Positions 27,260 through 41,134 are shown, counted from the stretch's first letter. The stretch is 64,000 nucleotides of DNA from Octopus bimaculoides (GCF_001194135.2 NC_068981.1:67755638-67819637), one strand, 5' to 3'. Notes: generated by a model not told the origin, from the sequence alone. Numbers and translations are program-made.

Positions 27260-28071
27260 TATATGTAAAATAGGGTCCTCCTCAGTCTGGCAAAATCACA
27301 CTACAAATTAGATTAACAGCTAGATTGAAATATAAATGACAAAATAAATAGTTATTATTTTAATTATTGTATGAGAAACCCTAAACAATATGCGATTATT
27401 TACTGAATAAATAACACTTTACATCGACTATGAAGGTGTCAAAACTTTCAATTAATATTATATTATGACTTCACCAGATTGTGTAAAAGTCTACAATATC
27501 TAGTTTAGAAAATATTGATCCGTTCAACATTCGAAAATACGAGTCATCGCTTTACTGGTAATAATAAAATATCTTCAACTGCAGAAACATCAATATTTAT
27601 TCATTAAACAATTTCAAAATATTTTATATTTAATATTACATAGATTATATTTGAAAGCCATCAGTATATATCGTCGTAATTCAAAGAAAATGATTACATT
27701 TTCATTATGATTTCATTAGGTTTAACATTGCAGTTTAAACTTTTATAAACATCAAGCAAACAGAATTTGAATGGTGTATAAAAGGAAAAGAAAATTTGTG
27801 CGTTCAATAAACATATGGATACCGTGTCTGTCTAAGTTGTTAACTTCTCGTTCCATAAATTGCGATAAAGTTGATAATTAGATTCTTATGAGGAATTTCA
27901 AATACAGCAATACATATCTAGATAACAGGAACACATCTACGCACATTATACATACACAGTTACATACACACTAACATACATACGTGTATACATAAGCACG
28001 TATACACACAAACACTCACACATACAAACACACACAAACGCACGCAGAGACACAGACACAGACACAAGACG

Positions 28072-28122
<51 letters not shown>

Positions 28123-28408
28123 TCACACACTCACGCGCGCGCAGAGGGACCCGCAAGGGTAGATTTGCTTCTTTACATGTATAACGTTTATTTAACATAG
28201 TTATAAAACTATAGTATTGCTTACATGCTCGGTTAATAAATATATCGCTTAAAGGATCTAAGAGCGTAGTGCCTAGAACCATGTCTGTATTTATACAATA
28301 CCTAGCGAATATTTAAGCATCCATATTTATTGTACTATTTCAATAGAATGTTCTAAAGATACGTTTCCCTACATTTTTCAGTTGTTATTTCTTGTGGGTA
28401 TAGAGGGA

Positions 28409-28505
28409 TCTTCTTCTTCTTCTTCTTCTTCTTCTTCTTCTTCTTCTTCTTCTTCTTCTTCTTCTTCTTCTTCTTCTTCTTCTTCTTCTTCTTCTTCTTC
28501 TTCTT
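28409..28505 (+). repeat. (TCT)n microsatellite
   Basis: Direct reading. Confidence 0.97.
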
Positions 28506-28659
28506 CCCTATGTAGCCCCTTGAATTAATATATATATATATATATATATAACAATAATAATATAGATTTAATCAAAAGATTCAATGTGGTACTTNNNNNN
28601 NNNNNNNNNNNNNNNNNNNNNNNNNNNNNNNNNNNNNNNNNNNNNNNNNNNNNNNNNNN

Positions 28660-28720
<61 letters not shown>

Positions 28721-28723
<3 letters not shown>

Positions 28724-29091
28724 CACCTCTTCCTCCGCTGATGCGGAGGTATTATGTACATTCGTTTTTGTTTGTTTGTTTGTCTGTGGACAAGATATCT
28801 CAAGATATCTGGATGGATTCGGATGAAACTTTCATGGATGTTAGACCTCGTGACTGGTTACGAACTGATTAGATTTAGGAATCAATCCAGTACCGGACAA
28901 AGATTCTGGATTATTTTTCTTGTTTTTTACTTAATTTTTGAGAGCGGTCGATTTCGTTTTTAGTATTCCCGTTTGTGAGAAAAGTCGAGTTTATTTCAGA
29001 TATTCTCATTTAAAAAATCATCTCTGGCTAATCGTTCAGGGGATGTTGGTGTTGCCTTGGTAGAGATTTGCGCTCTCTGGGTGCTCTTGTT
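28721..29091 (+). mobile_element. Probable non-autonomous Helentron-type element (HINE/DINE-1-like)
   Basis: 5' 'ttatcacct...' with hairpin CCTCCGC-tgat-GCGGAGG, short (GTTT)n, and 3' 'ccttggtagagatttgcgctctctgggtgctcttgtt', all within TT/(ATT)n context. The architecture matches HINEs; the family is not confirmed. Confidence 0.55.
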
Positions 29092-29109
29092 ATTATCATT
29101 ATCATTATT

Positions 29110-29652
29110 GAGTGAAAGAGCAGCGAATGTCATCAAAGTGACACTGGGGTACAAATATACGAAGCTTTATATACCCATCATGGCTACCCGTGTAAGATGG
29201 GCACACCAGACACATGCATTACAACCATATGCGCGAGACATGATGATCTCATATCAAAACAAACAGTGCATGACCTTGCAGGTGAGGGCTCAGAATTTTC
29301 TTCAGGTCGAGTAGCCCATCCCACTCAAATGATCCCAGAATAAGGTTTGTTTAATGATGTTGAATGAAACACTCCCTGTTTCCAGGGGTAAATTATTCAC
29401 ACCTCAAAGAATTCCTTTCAACACATGGTTATGATGCTCCCCAATAGTTCTGCTCGTGACTAGAGCTGCACTTATAGTGAGGTACTAAGGGACATGTTCA
29501 ACTGGTTAAGATAAAGCAACTAACAAGCATATCTGTGCTATTGAACAGAATATTTGTTGTAGCCCATCTTTTATACCCAGATAAAACATGTATACGATAA
29601 CACTACTAATCAGTTAAGTTCAAAAGCCATGAAGCGACTGCTTCGTGGTGCA
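29110..29652 (+). mobile_element. ~530-bp non-coding retroposon-like unit with (ATT)n tail, copy 1
   Basis: Co-linear with 30423-30950 and 61803-62020 ('caaagtgaca.tggggt', 'cctcaaagaattcct', 'ttatgatgctcccc', 'aatcagttaag'). Confidence 0.8.
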
Positions 29653-29653
29653 T

Positions 29654-29734
<81 letters not shown>

Positions 29735-29741
<7 letters not shown>

Positions 29742-30150
29742 CTGTCTTTGCACAGCTTCAAACGGTGGAGATGTACTACCGTGCCAGCTGTTCACTACCA
29801 GTTAACTAAGATAACATCCCTTTATTTTTCGAGCGGTATCAAGCAGTTCTGCTTTCTGTAAGTGCTCTACCCTATTTGTTCCATGTACTTCTCAAGATTT
29901 TTACTCACTGCTCACAGGGCTCAGACAGTTATTGGTACTACTACCACCTCTTTCAGCGACCACAACCGCTTAACCTCTCAAGCTAACCTGTCATATCTAT
30001 CGACTTATCTCCCTTCCTTTTTGTCAGATGGGCATGCTATATCTACGGTCCAGCATCGTTTGCTTTCTTTCCTAAATAATACTTTGTCTGGTTTTCTATT
30101 CTCTATCTCATGGTCGCACTGGATCATAAAATCCCAAAGGGTTCGGCTCA
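29735..30150 (-). mobile_element. 3' fragment of Dong/R4-like RLE LINE, family B
   Basis: Minus strand 'LWDFMIQCDHEIENRKPD...VDIACP...EVKRLW..KEVVVVP...VSKNLEKY', ending in an (AAT)n tail. Confidence 0.85.
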
Positions 30151-30263
30151 GCTTCGGTCTTATTCCTGTTAGGATCTATTTGGGTAGCCGCTTCATTATT
30201 ATTATTAATGTTGTTCAGTAGTTTTATAATGATAATAATAATAACAATGAAGCGGCTACCCAA

Positions 30264-30370
<107 letters not shown>

Positions 30371-30422
30371 CATCATTGTCGTCGTCGTTGTTGTTGTTGT
30401 TATCATCATCATTACTATTATT

Positions 30423-30950
30423 GTGTGAGAGATCAGTGCATGACTTCAAAGTGACATTGGGGTAAAATATACGAAGTCCAGTATACCGGTCATGACTACC
30501 CGTCTGAGAAGGGTACACCTGTCACATGCGTTACAACCATATGTGCGTGACATGGTGATTTAAAAATACACAGGGCACTGGGGCCTAGTTAAAATGTTTT
30601 GAAGGCCGATCCCATCTCGTTCAAAAAGTCCCTGAATATGAGTTGTTTAAGGATGTTGATCGAAACACACATATTTCCATAGGTGAATTATCCATACCTC
30701 AAAGAATTCCTCTCAACAAATGGTTATGATGCTCCCCTACTACTTCCGCTCATGATCAGATATGCACATTTCGTCAGCCACTAAGGGTCATGCTCAGCTG
30801 GTTAAGGTCAAGCAACTAACAAGCAAATCTGTGGTACTGAGCAGATTATTTGCTGTAGCCCATCGTTTATATAAAGACAAAAACCTCTACACGATAACAC
30901 TTTCAATCAGTTAAGATCAAAAATCTTGAGAGCCAGTGCCTGGTATAGCA
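30423..30950 (+). mobile_element. ~530-bp retroposon-like unit, copy 2
   Basis: See copy 1; flanked by (ATT)n on both sides. Confidence 0.8.
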
Positions 30951-33481
30951 TTTATTATTATCATCGTCATCATGATCATGATCATCATCATCACCATCTG
31001 TATTATTATTATTATTATTATTATTGTTATTACAATATGTATCATACTTCACATCGGCAGAGCTCAATATAACCCCTCCCCCCACAAATTGTTACTTTCA
31101 GTTGATATCATTAGGTGGTAGCCGACATAATAGAATAGGAGATTTATATGCATAGTCAAAACGTTTCTCGTAAATAAACTGTAAGGATATATATATATAT
31201 ATATATATATATANNNNNNNNNNNNNNNNNNNNNNNNNNNNNNNNNNNNNNNNNNNNNNNNNNNNNNNNNNNNNNNNNNNNNNNNNNNNNNNNNNNNNNN
31301 NNNNNNNNNNNNNNNNNNNNNNNNNNNNNNNNNNNNNNNNNNNNNNNNNNNNNNNNNNNNNNNNNNNNNNNNNNNNNNNNNNNNNNNNNNNNNNNNNNNN
31401 NNNNNNNNNNNNNNNNNNNNNNNNNNNNNNNNNNNNNNNNNNNNNNNNNNNNNNNNNNNNNNNNNNNNNNNNNNNNNNNNNNNNNNNNNNNNNNNNNNNN
31501 NNNNNNNNNNNNNNNNNNNNNNNNNNNNNNNNNNNNNNNNNNNNNNNNNNNNNNNNNNNNNNNNNNNNNNNNNNNNNNNNNNNNNNNNNNNNNNNNNNNN
31601 NNNNNNNNNNNNNNNNNNNNNNNNNNNNNNNNNNNNNNNNNNNNNNNNNNNNNNNNNNNNNNNNNNNNNNNNNNNNNNNNNNNNNNNNNNNNNNNNNNNN
31701 NNNNNNNNNNNNNNNNNNNNNNNNNNNNNNNNNNNNNNNNNNNNNNNNNNNNNNNNNNNNNNNNNNNNNNNNNNNNNNNNNNNNNNNNNNNNNNNNNNNN
31801 NNNNNNNNNNNNNNNNNNNNNNNNNNNNNNNNNNNNNNNNNNNNNNNNNNNNNNNNNNNNNNNNNNNNNNNNNNNNNNNNNNNNNNNNNNNNNNNNNNNN
31901 NNNNNNNNNNNNNNNNNNNNNNNNNNNNNNNNNNNNNNNNNNNNNNNNNNNNNNNNNNNNNNNNNNNNNNTATTATACTCATTTATTGTGCTTTTAATTA
32001 TTAATTTTTCTATATGTGATAGTGGATTTTCATCGATGAGTTCTTGAAAATTGGTTATTTTCCCTAAAACTATATATTTTATATATACTTTATCTATAAG
32101 GCTCAATTTAATTTTAATTTTTATAAATTGATTTTAATTGAGTTTTTTACCTGTAATTTTGGATTTTGTCCCTAATATTATATATATATATACGCCTGTA
32201 TATTTGTGCATATATTTTATCTACACATATACTTGGGTAATAACCACATTGATATAGTCGATAAATTTTGAATGTTATAATACTGAAAATCACCAACCAC
32301 ACATCTATTGGAACAGTTATATGTAATACGTACATATGCGTACATATACAAATGTACGCGCAGTAACACACCAAAGAAATAAGCACCAACATGCATAAAT
32401 AGTATACCGCATCATTCTCTCCGAAATCAAAGGAATTTGTGAAAAGCCAACCTAATCCAATATGAAAACCTAGTGACAGTCCATGTATCTAATGCAGTTT
32501 CTCTATTACATAATTAATTTAACGTAAAACGGAGCTACACATGGGAATGGCATGAAAGGCGTAAGTTCCTAATTTTGCATTGCCCTTCTGTTGGACAGGA
32601 TTCCACTCTGTTCAAAATCAGTCAATATTTGAATATATAAAGGCGCGCTCCAAGGAATTGAAGAAATCCGCTGGGAAACTCTTAACATTGCGATGTTTTC
32701 ACTTGTTGCTATGAACAATGGAAAGTTTAATTAAACCTTCTTTTAGCCAACTTATCTACTTCACACCTACTTTACATTACTCACGATATTAAATGTCAGG
32801 GGAAATAAATGGCAATGATAGAATACTAAATCGTGCCGTGTATATATTACAAAGATTTTTGCTTATGTAAGATATTAATATAGAAGTAATTTAGAAATTA
32901 GTTATGTTCTGATATAAGGAATCTGCAGTTGAGGTTTTGATTTCCAGCTTATGATTGAAATACATTCATAACAACTATGCTGATACGGCTCTCGAAAATA
33001 ACAGCACTATAGCTTATTACATTAACTAATATGAGAATTGTTATCGTAAGATTCAATATATTACTACTGCATCATATCTGTGACATTTAGACTGTATGCA
33101 AATGCAGCATTTAATGTGTACGCATATATTTTTAGCTATATAGAAAGAAATTGCGCAGAGGTTTATCATACGATGTAATAGACGAAATAAAATTCATTTG
33201 CGAGAAAAATATATATATGAGAATTAGATGATTAAGAAAATCTTTCTCATTAATTAACTTTTCCAAAAATTACCACTGCAGCCAAACTTCTTTGACGAAT
33301 TATTTCAAAACTAGTGACGTCAGCAGAAATTACTTTTAAACATTAATTTTAATTATGTTGTCATGAATCAACACCAATATGAGTTATGAAAGGCCCTGCA
33401 TTTATCATGCTCTGATATGTGTAAGCTCGCGCACACAAACACACATGTATATATGTATATTCATATCTCTATTTCTCTCTC

Positions 33482-33541
<60 letters not shown>

Positions 33542-36500
33542 CATAATGGTTGATATTAAACTTGCAAGGCATTAAAATTGTGCAAAATAATTAATGCAGA
33601 ATTAATTATGGCATGATGTATAATTTTGTCAAACATTGCGAAGTCTACATCTCGGTTCAGGAAAAATTGTTAGTATTAGCGAATCAATTCAGAAAAAAAA
33701 ATGGGTGGAAGAGTATAATGCCGATATTGTTATCGTAGAGTACTCATTAAGGTCCATTTACATTCCAAGAATAACTTCTGTCGATGTCGATTTTGACTTT
33801 TATCATTCCAGAGTCGATAATGTAATGGCTCCTTGAGTGACCGAATCAACTTTATCGCCAATATTCCTCCTCTGTAATTCACCGGTGTCCTATTGAATTT
33901 ATGGCCACAATAGATCCATGTATTTCTAAATCAATGTATAGCCACAGCTACTGGAAATACTGTTCCATTAGCAACTGTTGTTATTTAGTCAATTCTGATC
34001 GAGAAAACCTATGATCAAATATGTTATAGCAGTTACCATCTCATATTATTTTCATACAATGTAACAAGTACGATAATATAAAATGATTCGGTTCTTTTGT
34101 TTTTGAGGTGTTTGGTGCTTTGAGAAAAAAATTTGACTTCTATTATCTGTTGATAGAGCATTAACATACAATTTCATTTGTTGCCTCAGTCTAACAACCT
34201 TTGTTTGCACTTTGATATTAGTTTTAATAGTTTGAATACTGATGTGCTTCTGACGATGCCTTTTCCGTAGCGATGTTAAAAATAGATTTGATATTAATGA
34301 ATTGTTGAATTTATACTTTGACATTTATTCGGTCGAATGCGGCAGCTATCTATCTGTCAAACATAATATGTTTACTGGAGGGATAATTTCTTTGAATTCA
34401 ATGTCACTGGTATTCATTGGGAATTAATGAAATCTCATTTACCCGTAAAAAGTTTTGTTTTCTAATTCCATTACTGTTTCAGTCTTAAACTCCCTGTTGA
34501 GGTTTGAGTACAGTGGAACATGGACACATTATACTCCACTATAAAACTGAAACCTACTACTAGAAATATTGTAAACAAATTCTTCTACGGTCGTTTAGTA
34601 CAATATCATCGGCACTGTTTTTAAAAGCTGTTGAACTAAGATGGATAGAAAACCATGCATTCAATATCATAAGATGCTGGCTACTGGACCAAAGACTGCA
34701 ATATTTTATAAAATGTCTGAAATCCTTTAACATATTTCCTTTCAATATTTATATTACTTTTCCTAATATTTTATATAACTTCTCTTAAATTATGTGTTAT
34801 TAACTTAGTATACGGACTAAACCTTGTATACTTTAACAGGGGTATAAAATTAAAATATATTGCTTTTTTACGAGCTGAGGTAAGCACAACACTTTGATGG
34901 TTATCTCAAAGCGATGTATATACATGCATAAGTTGCACGCAAGAAATTGTCAAACATGCACATATATAACTAACGAAAAATCAAAATCCTTATAAATTAT
35001 AAGTTTGGTTTCTCTATTCAGGGTTCAGAAAGTCAGCCATATGTACTATAGGAGATATTTTACATTTGTTAAGAAAGCAAATTTTGTACTGTTCGTTATT
35101 TCGTTGTTCCTAAAACGGAGTGTATCATTGCAAATATTTTGTCCAAAAGATAGGATCCCGTGTTTTGAGAGGTATAATACACACTGGTTCCGAATAGTTG
35201 TTGAGGGAAACTATGCAAGGCTCACAATAAAAACTACATAGAAACCTTTCTTATTTAAAACAATTTAGCTGCTACGCAAATGTGTCGTAGATGGCACAGT
35301 GATAGTAGCCATTTGCCTAATTAGCAAAAACTCCCTCAAAACATGCTATGATTATGCAGCTGTATTTTCTGCTGTCATTATAACAACTTCTACTCTTCCG
35401 AAGGAAGATGTGATATAGCATTTTTACCCAAGACTAACTAACTGACTCATCTCTCTTCCTCTTGCCATACGATTGTGTCTTATCCAACCGTATCGAGCCG
35501 TATATACATTACTCCAGTAAGTTGCAAATTTGTGGAATATTCTTTTAACCTCCTTTTAAGAGTTGACAGCCTGAACTAGTCTGCTTTTCAGAACCTGTAA
35601 TAATTTTGGGCATCTCTTCTCTACAAACTACTAAATATATACTTCTTTAACTTTCGAATACGAACATTATTTTGTAAAGTTGTGTGAAACAGTGTATGTA
35701 CAGCATATTCTGAATTTCAAAATTTCAGTTCAATAGTTCACTTGATTACACATCTATTCTCAATATTTGACAACTTTTGACAACTTCTACTACTGTATGT
35801 CATCTCTTATTCTGAGAGAAATTGGATCGATCTTATATTAAATGGACGAAAAATGTCAGAATATATGACATAGTCTCGGAAACAAAGATGAAACAGATAA
35901 TATTTCTGCAGCCGTATATTTCTTGCAGTGGAGTTAGGCCAGACAAAGAAAAGAGTCAGCATATACGTTCTCGTATATCAAGCTCAATGATTTATAGCAT
36001 TAAGTTCAGTTTCAAATAGCGTCCATGTTATATTTCCTAACCCACTAATCAATAGCATATAAGTACCATCAAGATTCTGTGATTAGGTTGCTTCCTTTCA
36101 GAGAAAATGCTCACACTGTTATGATGCAAGTGAAAATTAGAACTAAAGCGTAATCATGAATCAACCTGCCCCAAATCGTATTTTATCGCAGGGAGATATG
36201 GAAACAATAATTACTTTCACAGCACGCCTACGAACAGCAGTAAGCCATTTAAACAAATGGAATCTACAACAATATAGAACTGTATGGACACAGTGCAATG
36301 TCAAAGAATGGTTGCAATGGACAAAATGTGGTTTGTTGCCTATTTCTCTTTCGCTGTAGGCTATTTACTGCATTGCCGTTCATGGGAGCAATTAACAAAA
36401 TTTCATTTATTACTGATCGGCCGTTTCAATCGAAGTCTACACCATTGAATACAAATAGAAGTTAAAAAATGAAGAATCAAAGAGTTGTCATCCTATTGGC

Positions 36501-37194
36501 TGAAAGATTATCACTCCGAAGAATAAAACTAATGCTGGAAAATAACCACAGACGTGATATTTAATTCATTTTAAAACAGTTGAACTATACATATATGCAT
36601 TACATATTCACACACATATAAATTTATCTATCTATCTATCAATCTATCTATACGTTCATATGTATAATAACATGTCTGCGTATATCTCATTGTTTGAAGT
36701 ATCTAAGCATTACTATAAATATAAAAATGATTTTACTGTAGTGAACTTTGAACAATACATTCGATTGCATCTAAAGTGATGCAACAACAAACAACATCAA
36801 CACAATACTTCATAGGAGCTGCTTAAGTATTAATGCGGTTGATGAATTTCTGAGAAAGATATAGCATATAATCGTCAGCAGTGTTTCTCCTGGTGATTTG
36901 AAGCTATACTTTTTCATTCAGGAATTGTTCTTTGCAAATACATTCGACAGAATGTGCATGCGCATGCACGTTCACCCACACATTTTTTAAGGTCATCCAT
37001 CACTCGCAAGTGAGTATAACCAGATAGCTTGTACCATGCTTTCCTTCATTTTTTTTAGTTCTCTATATAGTCAAGAGCAGACAGAGAACCATCCTTGGCC
37101 ACAACTTTTAGCTTTCATACCCAAGAGATAATTGGGAATATGCAAGTAGGAAGATAAGAGGGTTGTATTAGCAACACACTGTACTCATTTTCAG

Positions 37195-37371
37195 ATGAGT
37201 AGATCGGAGCAATGTGTAATGATGAGCCCTACCTATGGACAAACTCGTCGTCCAATTCAGGAAACAAACCCAGACCATAAGATCGCAGACAATAAGATCG
37301 CAGACCATGAGATCGCAGACCATAAGATCGCAAGACTGCACCAGACCATAAGATCGCAAGACTTCACATAA
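37195..37371 (+). CDS. Candidate exon/short ORF with 15-bp tandem repeat (DHKIA repeats)
   Basis: Acceptor 'ctgtactcattttcag|'; only the phase-0 frame is open: MSRSEQCVMMSPTYGQTRRPIQETNPDHKIADNKIADHEIADHKIARLHQTIRSQDFT*. Confidence 0.2.
   Translation: MSRSEQCVMMSPTYGQTRRPIQETNPDHKIADNKIADHEIADHKIARLHQTIRSQDFT
37271..37356 (+). repeat. 15-bp minisatellite CAGACCATAAGATCG, about 5 copies
   Basis: Units start at 37271, 37286, 37301, 37316 and 37342. Confidence 0.95.
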
Positions 37372-37413
37372 CACTCACCCACACACACACACAACCCACA
37401 TCCACCCAACCAC

Positions 37414-37459
<46 letters not shown>

Positions 37460-38430
37460 NNNNNNNNNNNNNNNNNNNNNNNNNNNNNNNNNNNNNNNNN
37501 NNNNNNNNNNNNNNNNNNNNNNNNNNNNNNNNNNNNNNNNNNNNNNNNNNNNNNNNNNNNNNNNNNNNNNNNNNNNNNNNNNNNNNNNNNNNNNNNNNNN
37601 NNNNNNNNNNNNNNNNNNNNNNNNNNNNNNNNNNNNNNNNNNACACACACTGACGTATAAACTTTGTCATAACCACAAACAGTAAAGCATTGCTCACACA
37701 GTTTCGGACTATTATATTCAATGACAAGGTAGTGCAGTTATAGTGGAAGACACCGGCCCCGATCTGTGGGGTGTGCGAGACTTAACTACATGGTTGCGAC
37801 GGCGGTAACAATTCTAACGATACAATTATAACTCAGTATACGCAGACACACACGGACAAAAGTGAACCACGGAAAATAACGCAGAGTAGTCAGTAGCATG
37901 CATATGAGTAGCACAGTCAAATACAGACATATCAAATACCATACGTCATAAATTCTTGATTTATTTAAATTATCTCAGCCTCATATAAGGAAGTGAGATG
38001 GTGCCAGAAGTCAGGGACTCCCCAGAGTTGTCATGGTATAAAGGAAACGGCAAAGCACATTCTCTACAGATAAGAAGTCAAAGGCGGAAACGAGTTTTTA
38101 CCTCGTCAGATGTCATCTTCACGACCGTTTTTTTCTATTCCCTCTCCAGTAGTAAAAAAAATACAAACATAACTAAAATGGGTGAAATACATTTATGCGC
38201 TAGGCAATTTGTGTAAACCAAACAAGATAAGCTAAGAGAAATAACTTAGTATAGACAGTATATGAGCGACATATACAAATACAATCCAACTTGCTATATA
38301 TTTGTTTCTACTATTGTGGCAGGCATAACTCTTTGGTAATAAAAAAATTCCTTCTCGAGCACATGATTCCCAGCTCACTCCCGCTGAGTGTATTTGGCCA
38401 ATCGAAACTGAGAGAAACCTGTCGTGTGTG

Positions 38431-38484
<54 letters not shown>

Positions 38485-38513
38485 NNNNNNNNNNNNNNNN
38501 NNNNNNNNNNNNN

Positions 38514-38574
<61 letters not shown>

Positions 38575-39722
38575 CTTGTGCGTGCCTATGTATGTATGTA
38601 CGTATGTATGTATATACATATGTGGGGGCATGTGTATGTGTGTGGCTGTGTAAGTAAACAGAGAGAAGGAAGAGAAGAAAGTGATAAAATGATATACAGA
38701 TTATCACACAGACACAGGGATTAAGAAAGCAGCAGACAAAAAGGGTCGGTGAGACGTAATATATTGGTGATGCATCGTTTACCAAATTCATCCAGACACT
38801 ATAAAATAATAGTTGTAGGCCCGAAGGCTATATATGTAGAACTCTCATTAGAAGAAACTCATCAATGATGCTAAAGCTCTCGAAAACATTTATCTGGTGT
38901 GATATATAATTCGTTACGAATTTGTGAATAAACGATTTTATTCTCTATCTTCTCCGAATCACAGTTCGGAAACAACGGTAAATTATTGAAAATTGTTCTC
39001 TTTATTTGGAGCTACTACCCTATATATATANNNNNNNNNNNNNNNNNNNNNNNNNNNNNNNNNNNNNNNNNNNNNNNNNNNNNNNNNNNNNNNNNNNNNN
39101 NNNNNNNNNNNNNNNNNNNNNNNNNNNNNNNNNNNNNNNNNNNNNNNNNNNNNNNNNNNNNNNNNNNNNNNNNNNNNNNNNNNNNNNNNNNNNNNNNNNN
39201 NNNNNNNNNNNNNNNNNNNNNNNNNNNNNNNNNNNNNNNNNNNNNNNNNNNNNNNNNNNNNNNNNNNNNNNNNNNNNNNNNNNNNNNNNNNNNNNNNNNN
39301 NNNNNNNNNNNNNNNNNNNNNNNNNNNNNNNNNNNNNNNNNNNNNNNNNNNNNNNNNNNNNNNNNNNNNNNNNNNNNNNNNNNNNNNNNNNNNNNNNNNN
39401 NNNNNNNNNNNNNNNNNNNNNNNNNNNNNNNNNNNNNNNNNNNNNNNNNNNNNNNNNNNNNNNNNNNNNNNNNNNNNNNNNNNNNNNNNNNNNNNNNNNN
39501 NNNNNNNNNNNNNNNNNNNNNNNNNNNNNNNNNNNNNNNNNNNNNNNNNNNNNNNNNNNNNNNNNNNNNNNNNNNNNNNNNNNNNNNNNNNNNNNNNNNN
39601 NNNNNNNNNNNNNNNNNNNNNNNNNNNNNNNNNNNNNNNNNNNNNNNNNNNNNNNNNNNNNNTGTGTGTGTGTGTGTGTATGTATGTATATATACGATGG
39701 GCTTCTTTATCTTCGCCTCTAG

Positions 39723-39835
39723 AGGTTGTGTCACAATTGCCAAATGACAATGAAGACCAGCTCCACTTCAGAAGGGAGATAGTCTCAAGAATCATGAATT
39801 CTCCAGAACTGAATTGCCTTAACAGAAAATGGCAG
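39723..39835 (+). CDS. Candidate internal exon, unknown protein
   Basis: 'cttctttatcttcgcctctag|' acceptor, open frame EVVSQLPNDNEDQLHFRREIVSRIMNSPELNCLNRKWQ, weak donor CAG|gtttct. The pyrimidine tract may derive from a SINE. Confidence 0.25.
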
Positions 39836-39989
39836 GTTTCTTGTCCGGATATTTGAGGAAATTCATGGTTATGTGTATCTGGCTAAGTACGACAGTTGGC
39901 CATCTTTGTCTCCAGTAAATAAATGATTTAGACTTATACAAAATTTGTACAATTTACACAAAAATCTTCAAAGTGAAATAACTGATGGT

Positions 39990-40390
39990 GGCCAGTGGTA
40001 AAGTCATGGCATGACACATTGGGCAATTGTCCTCTACTATAGCCTCAGGCCTTCGAAAGCCTCGTGGATAGATTTGGTAGACGGAAAGTAGAAGAAACTT
40101 GTCCTATATATGTATAAATTTGTGTATGTATATATATATATATATATATATATCTGTGTGTGTCTCTCTTTGTCTGTGTTTGTTCCCCACCACCACTTAA
40201 CAACCTGTGTTAGCTTGTTTACGTCTACTTAACGTAGCGATTCGGATAAAGATCGATAGAATAAATACCAGGCTTTGCAAAAAAAAAAAAAAAGAATATT
40301 GGAGTCGATTCATTCGACTAAAGAAAATTGTCCAAGATGTTGTTCCAGCGTGGTCGCAGTCTAATGACTAAAACAAGTAAGAGATAAAAG
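39990..40390 (+). mobile_element. tRNA-derived SINE with internal (TA)n/(TG)n
   Basis: 'ttgggcaattgtcctctactatagcc...gatttggtagacggaaa...agaataaataccaggct...gtcgattcattcgact...gcagtctaatgact'. Minus-strand fragments of the same family lie near 38385-38430 and 40960-41060. Confidence 0.75.
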
Positions 40391-41134
40391 ACAAAGGATA
40401 TATGTGCATGCTTGACAATTTCTTGCATGTAATTTATTCATATATGCATATGTCTCTTTCACATAACCATCAAATAATTGTGCTTACCTCGGAAAATAAC
40501 TAAAAGTTAGTTTACTTAAAATTTCTACAAGGTACAATTTCTTAAGAATAGTGGAGCATTTCCTAATTTGCTTAGCATAACCTTAGTAAAATAATGTATT
40601 CGTGTTCTTATTAAACTGCGAATATCTGAAAAATATCGACTTTTGTACATTTTCGAGTTATGTTTTTCATACAGTTGGAATGTTTGATGTTCTATTTTGC
40701 TTGCACTAAAAATACTTCTTTGAAATGCATCATGACTCAACATGCTTCTTACAGATATTCTTTATAAAAATATATACATCAGCCATTAATCTTTTTTGAT
40801 CTTAACAGTCGTAACTCATTAGCAAATAAATGCTCTTTGTGAAGAAAAAAAAGCTGCCAAGTCAAGAACGATGAATATAATCTAATACTATTGATCCATA
40901 AAAACATAAATATCCTCATACGACAATTGCCAACGATAATAAACTTTCTGTTATTTTCTATTCTTTTCTTTCAGTCATTGGACTGCAACCATACTTGACG
41001 GGTTTATTCAGTCAAATCAACTCCAAAATTATGTTTTAAGTCTGGTATTTAATCTAACGGTATTACTTATTATTTGACATAGTAACTTAACTAAACTATA
41101 AGATGGTAAACTATCTATTTGCAATAATCACAGC

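Noticed and set aside
33700-33850. Possible protocadherin fragment ('IIDSGMIKVKIDIDR')
   Set aside because: No DxNDN or DxD calcium-binding motifs and multiple in-frame stops.
37271-37356. CRISPR-like array (also 41135-41217)
   Set aside because: Head-to-tail tandem units with no unique spacers, eukaryotic context, no cas genes.
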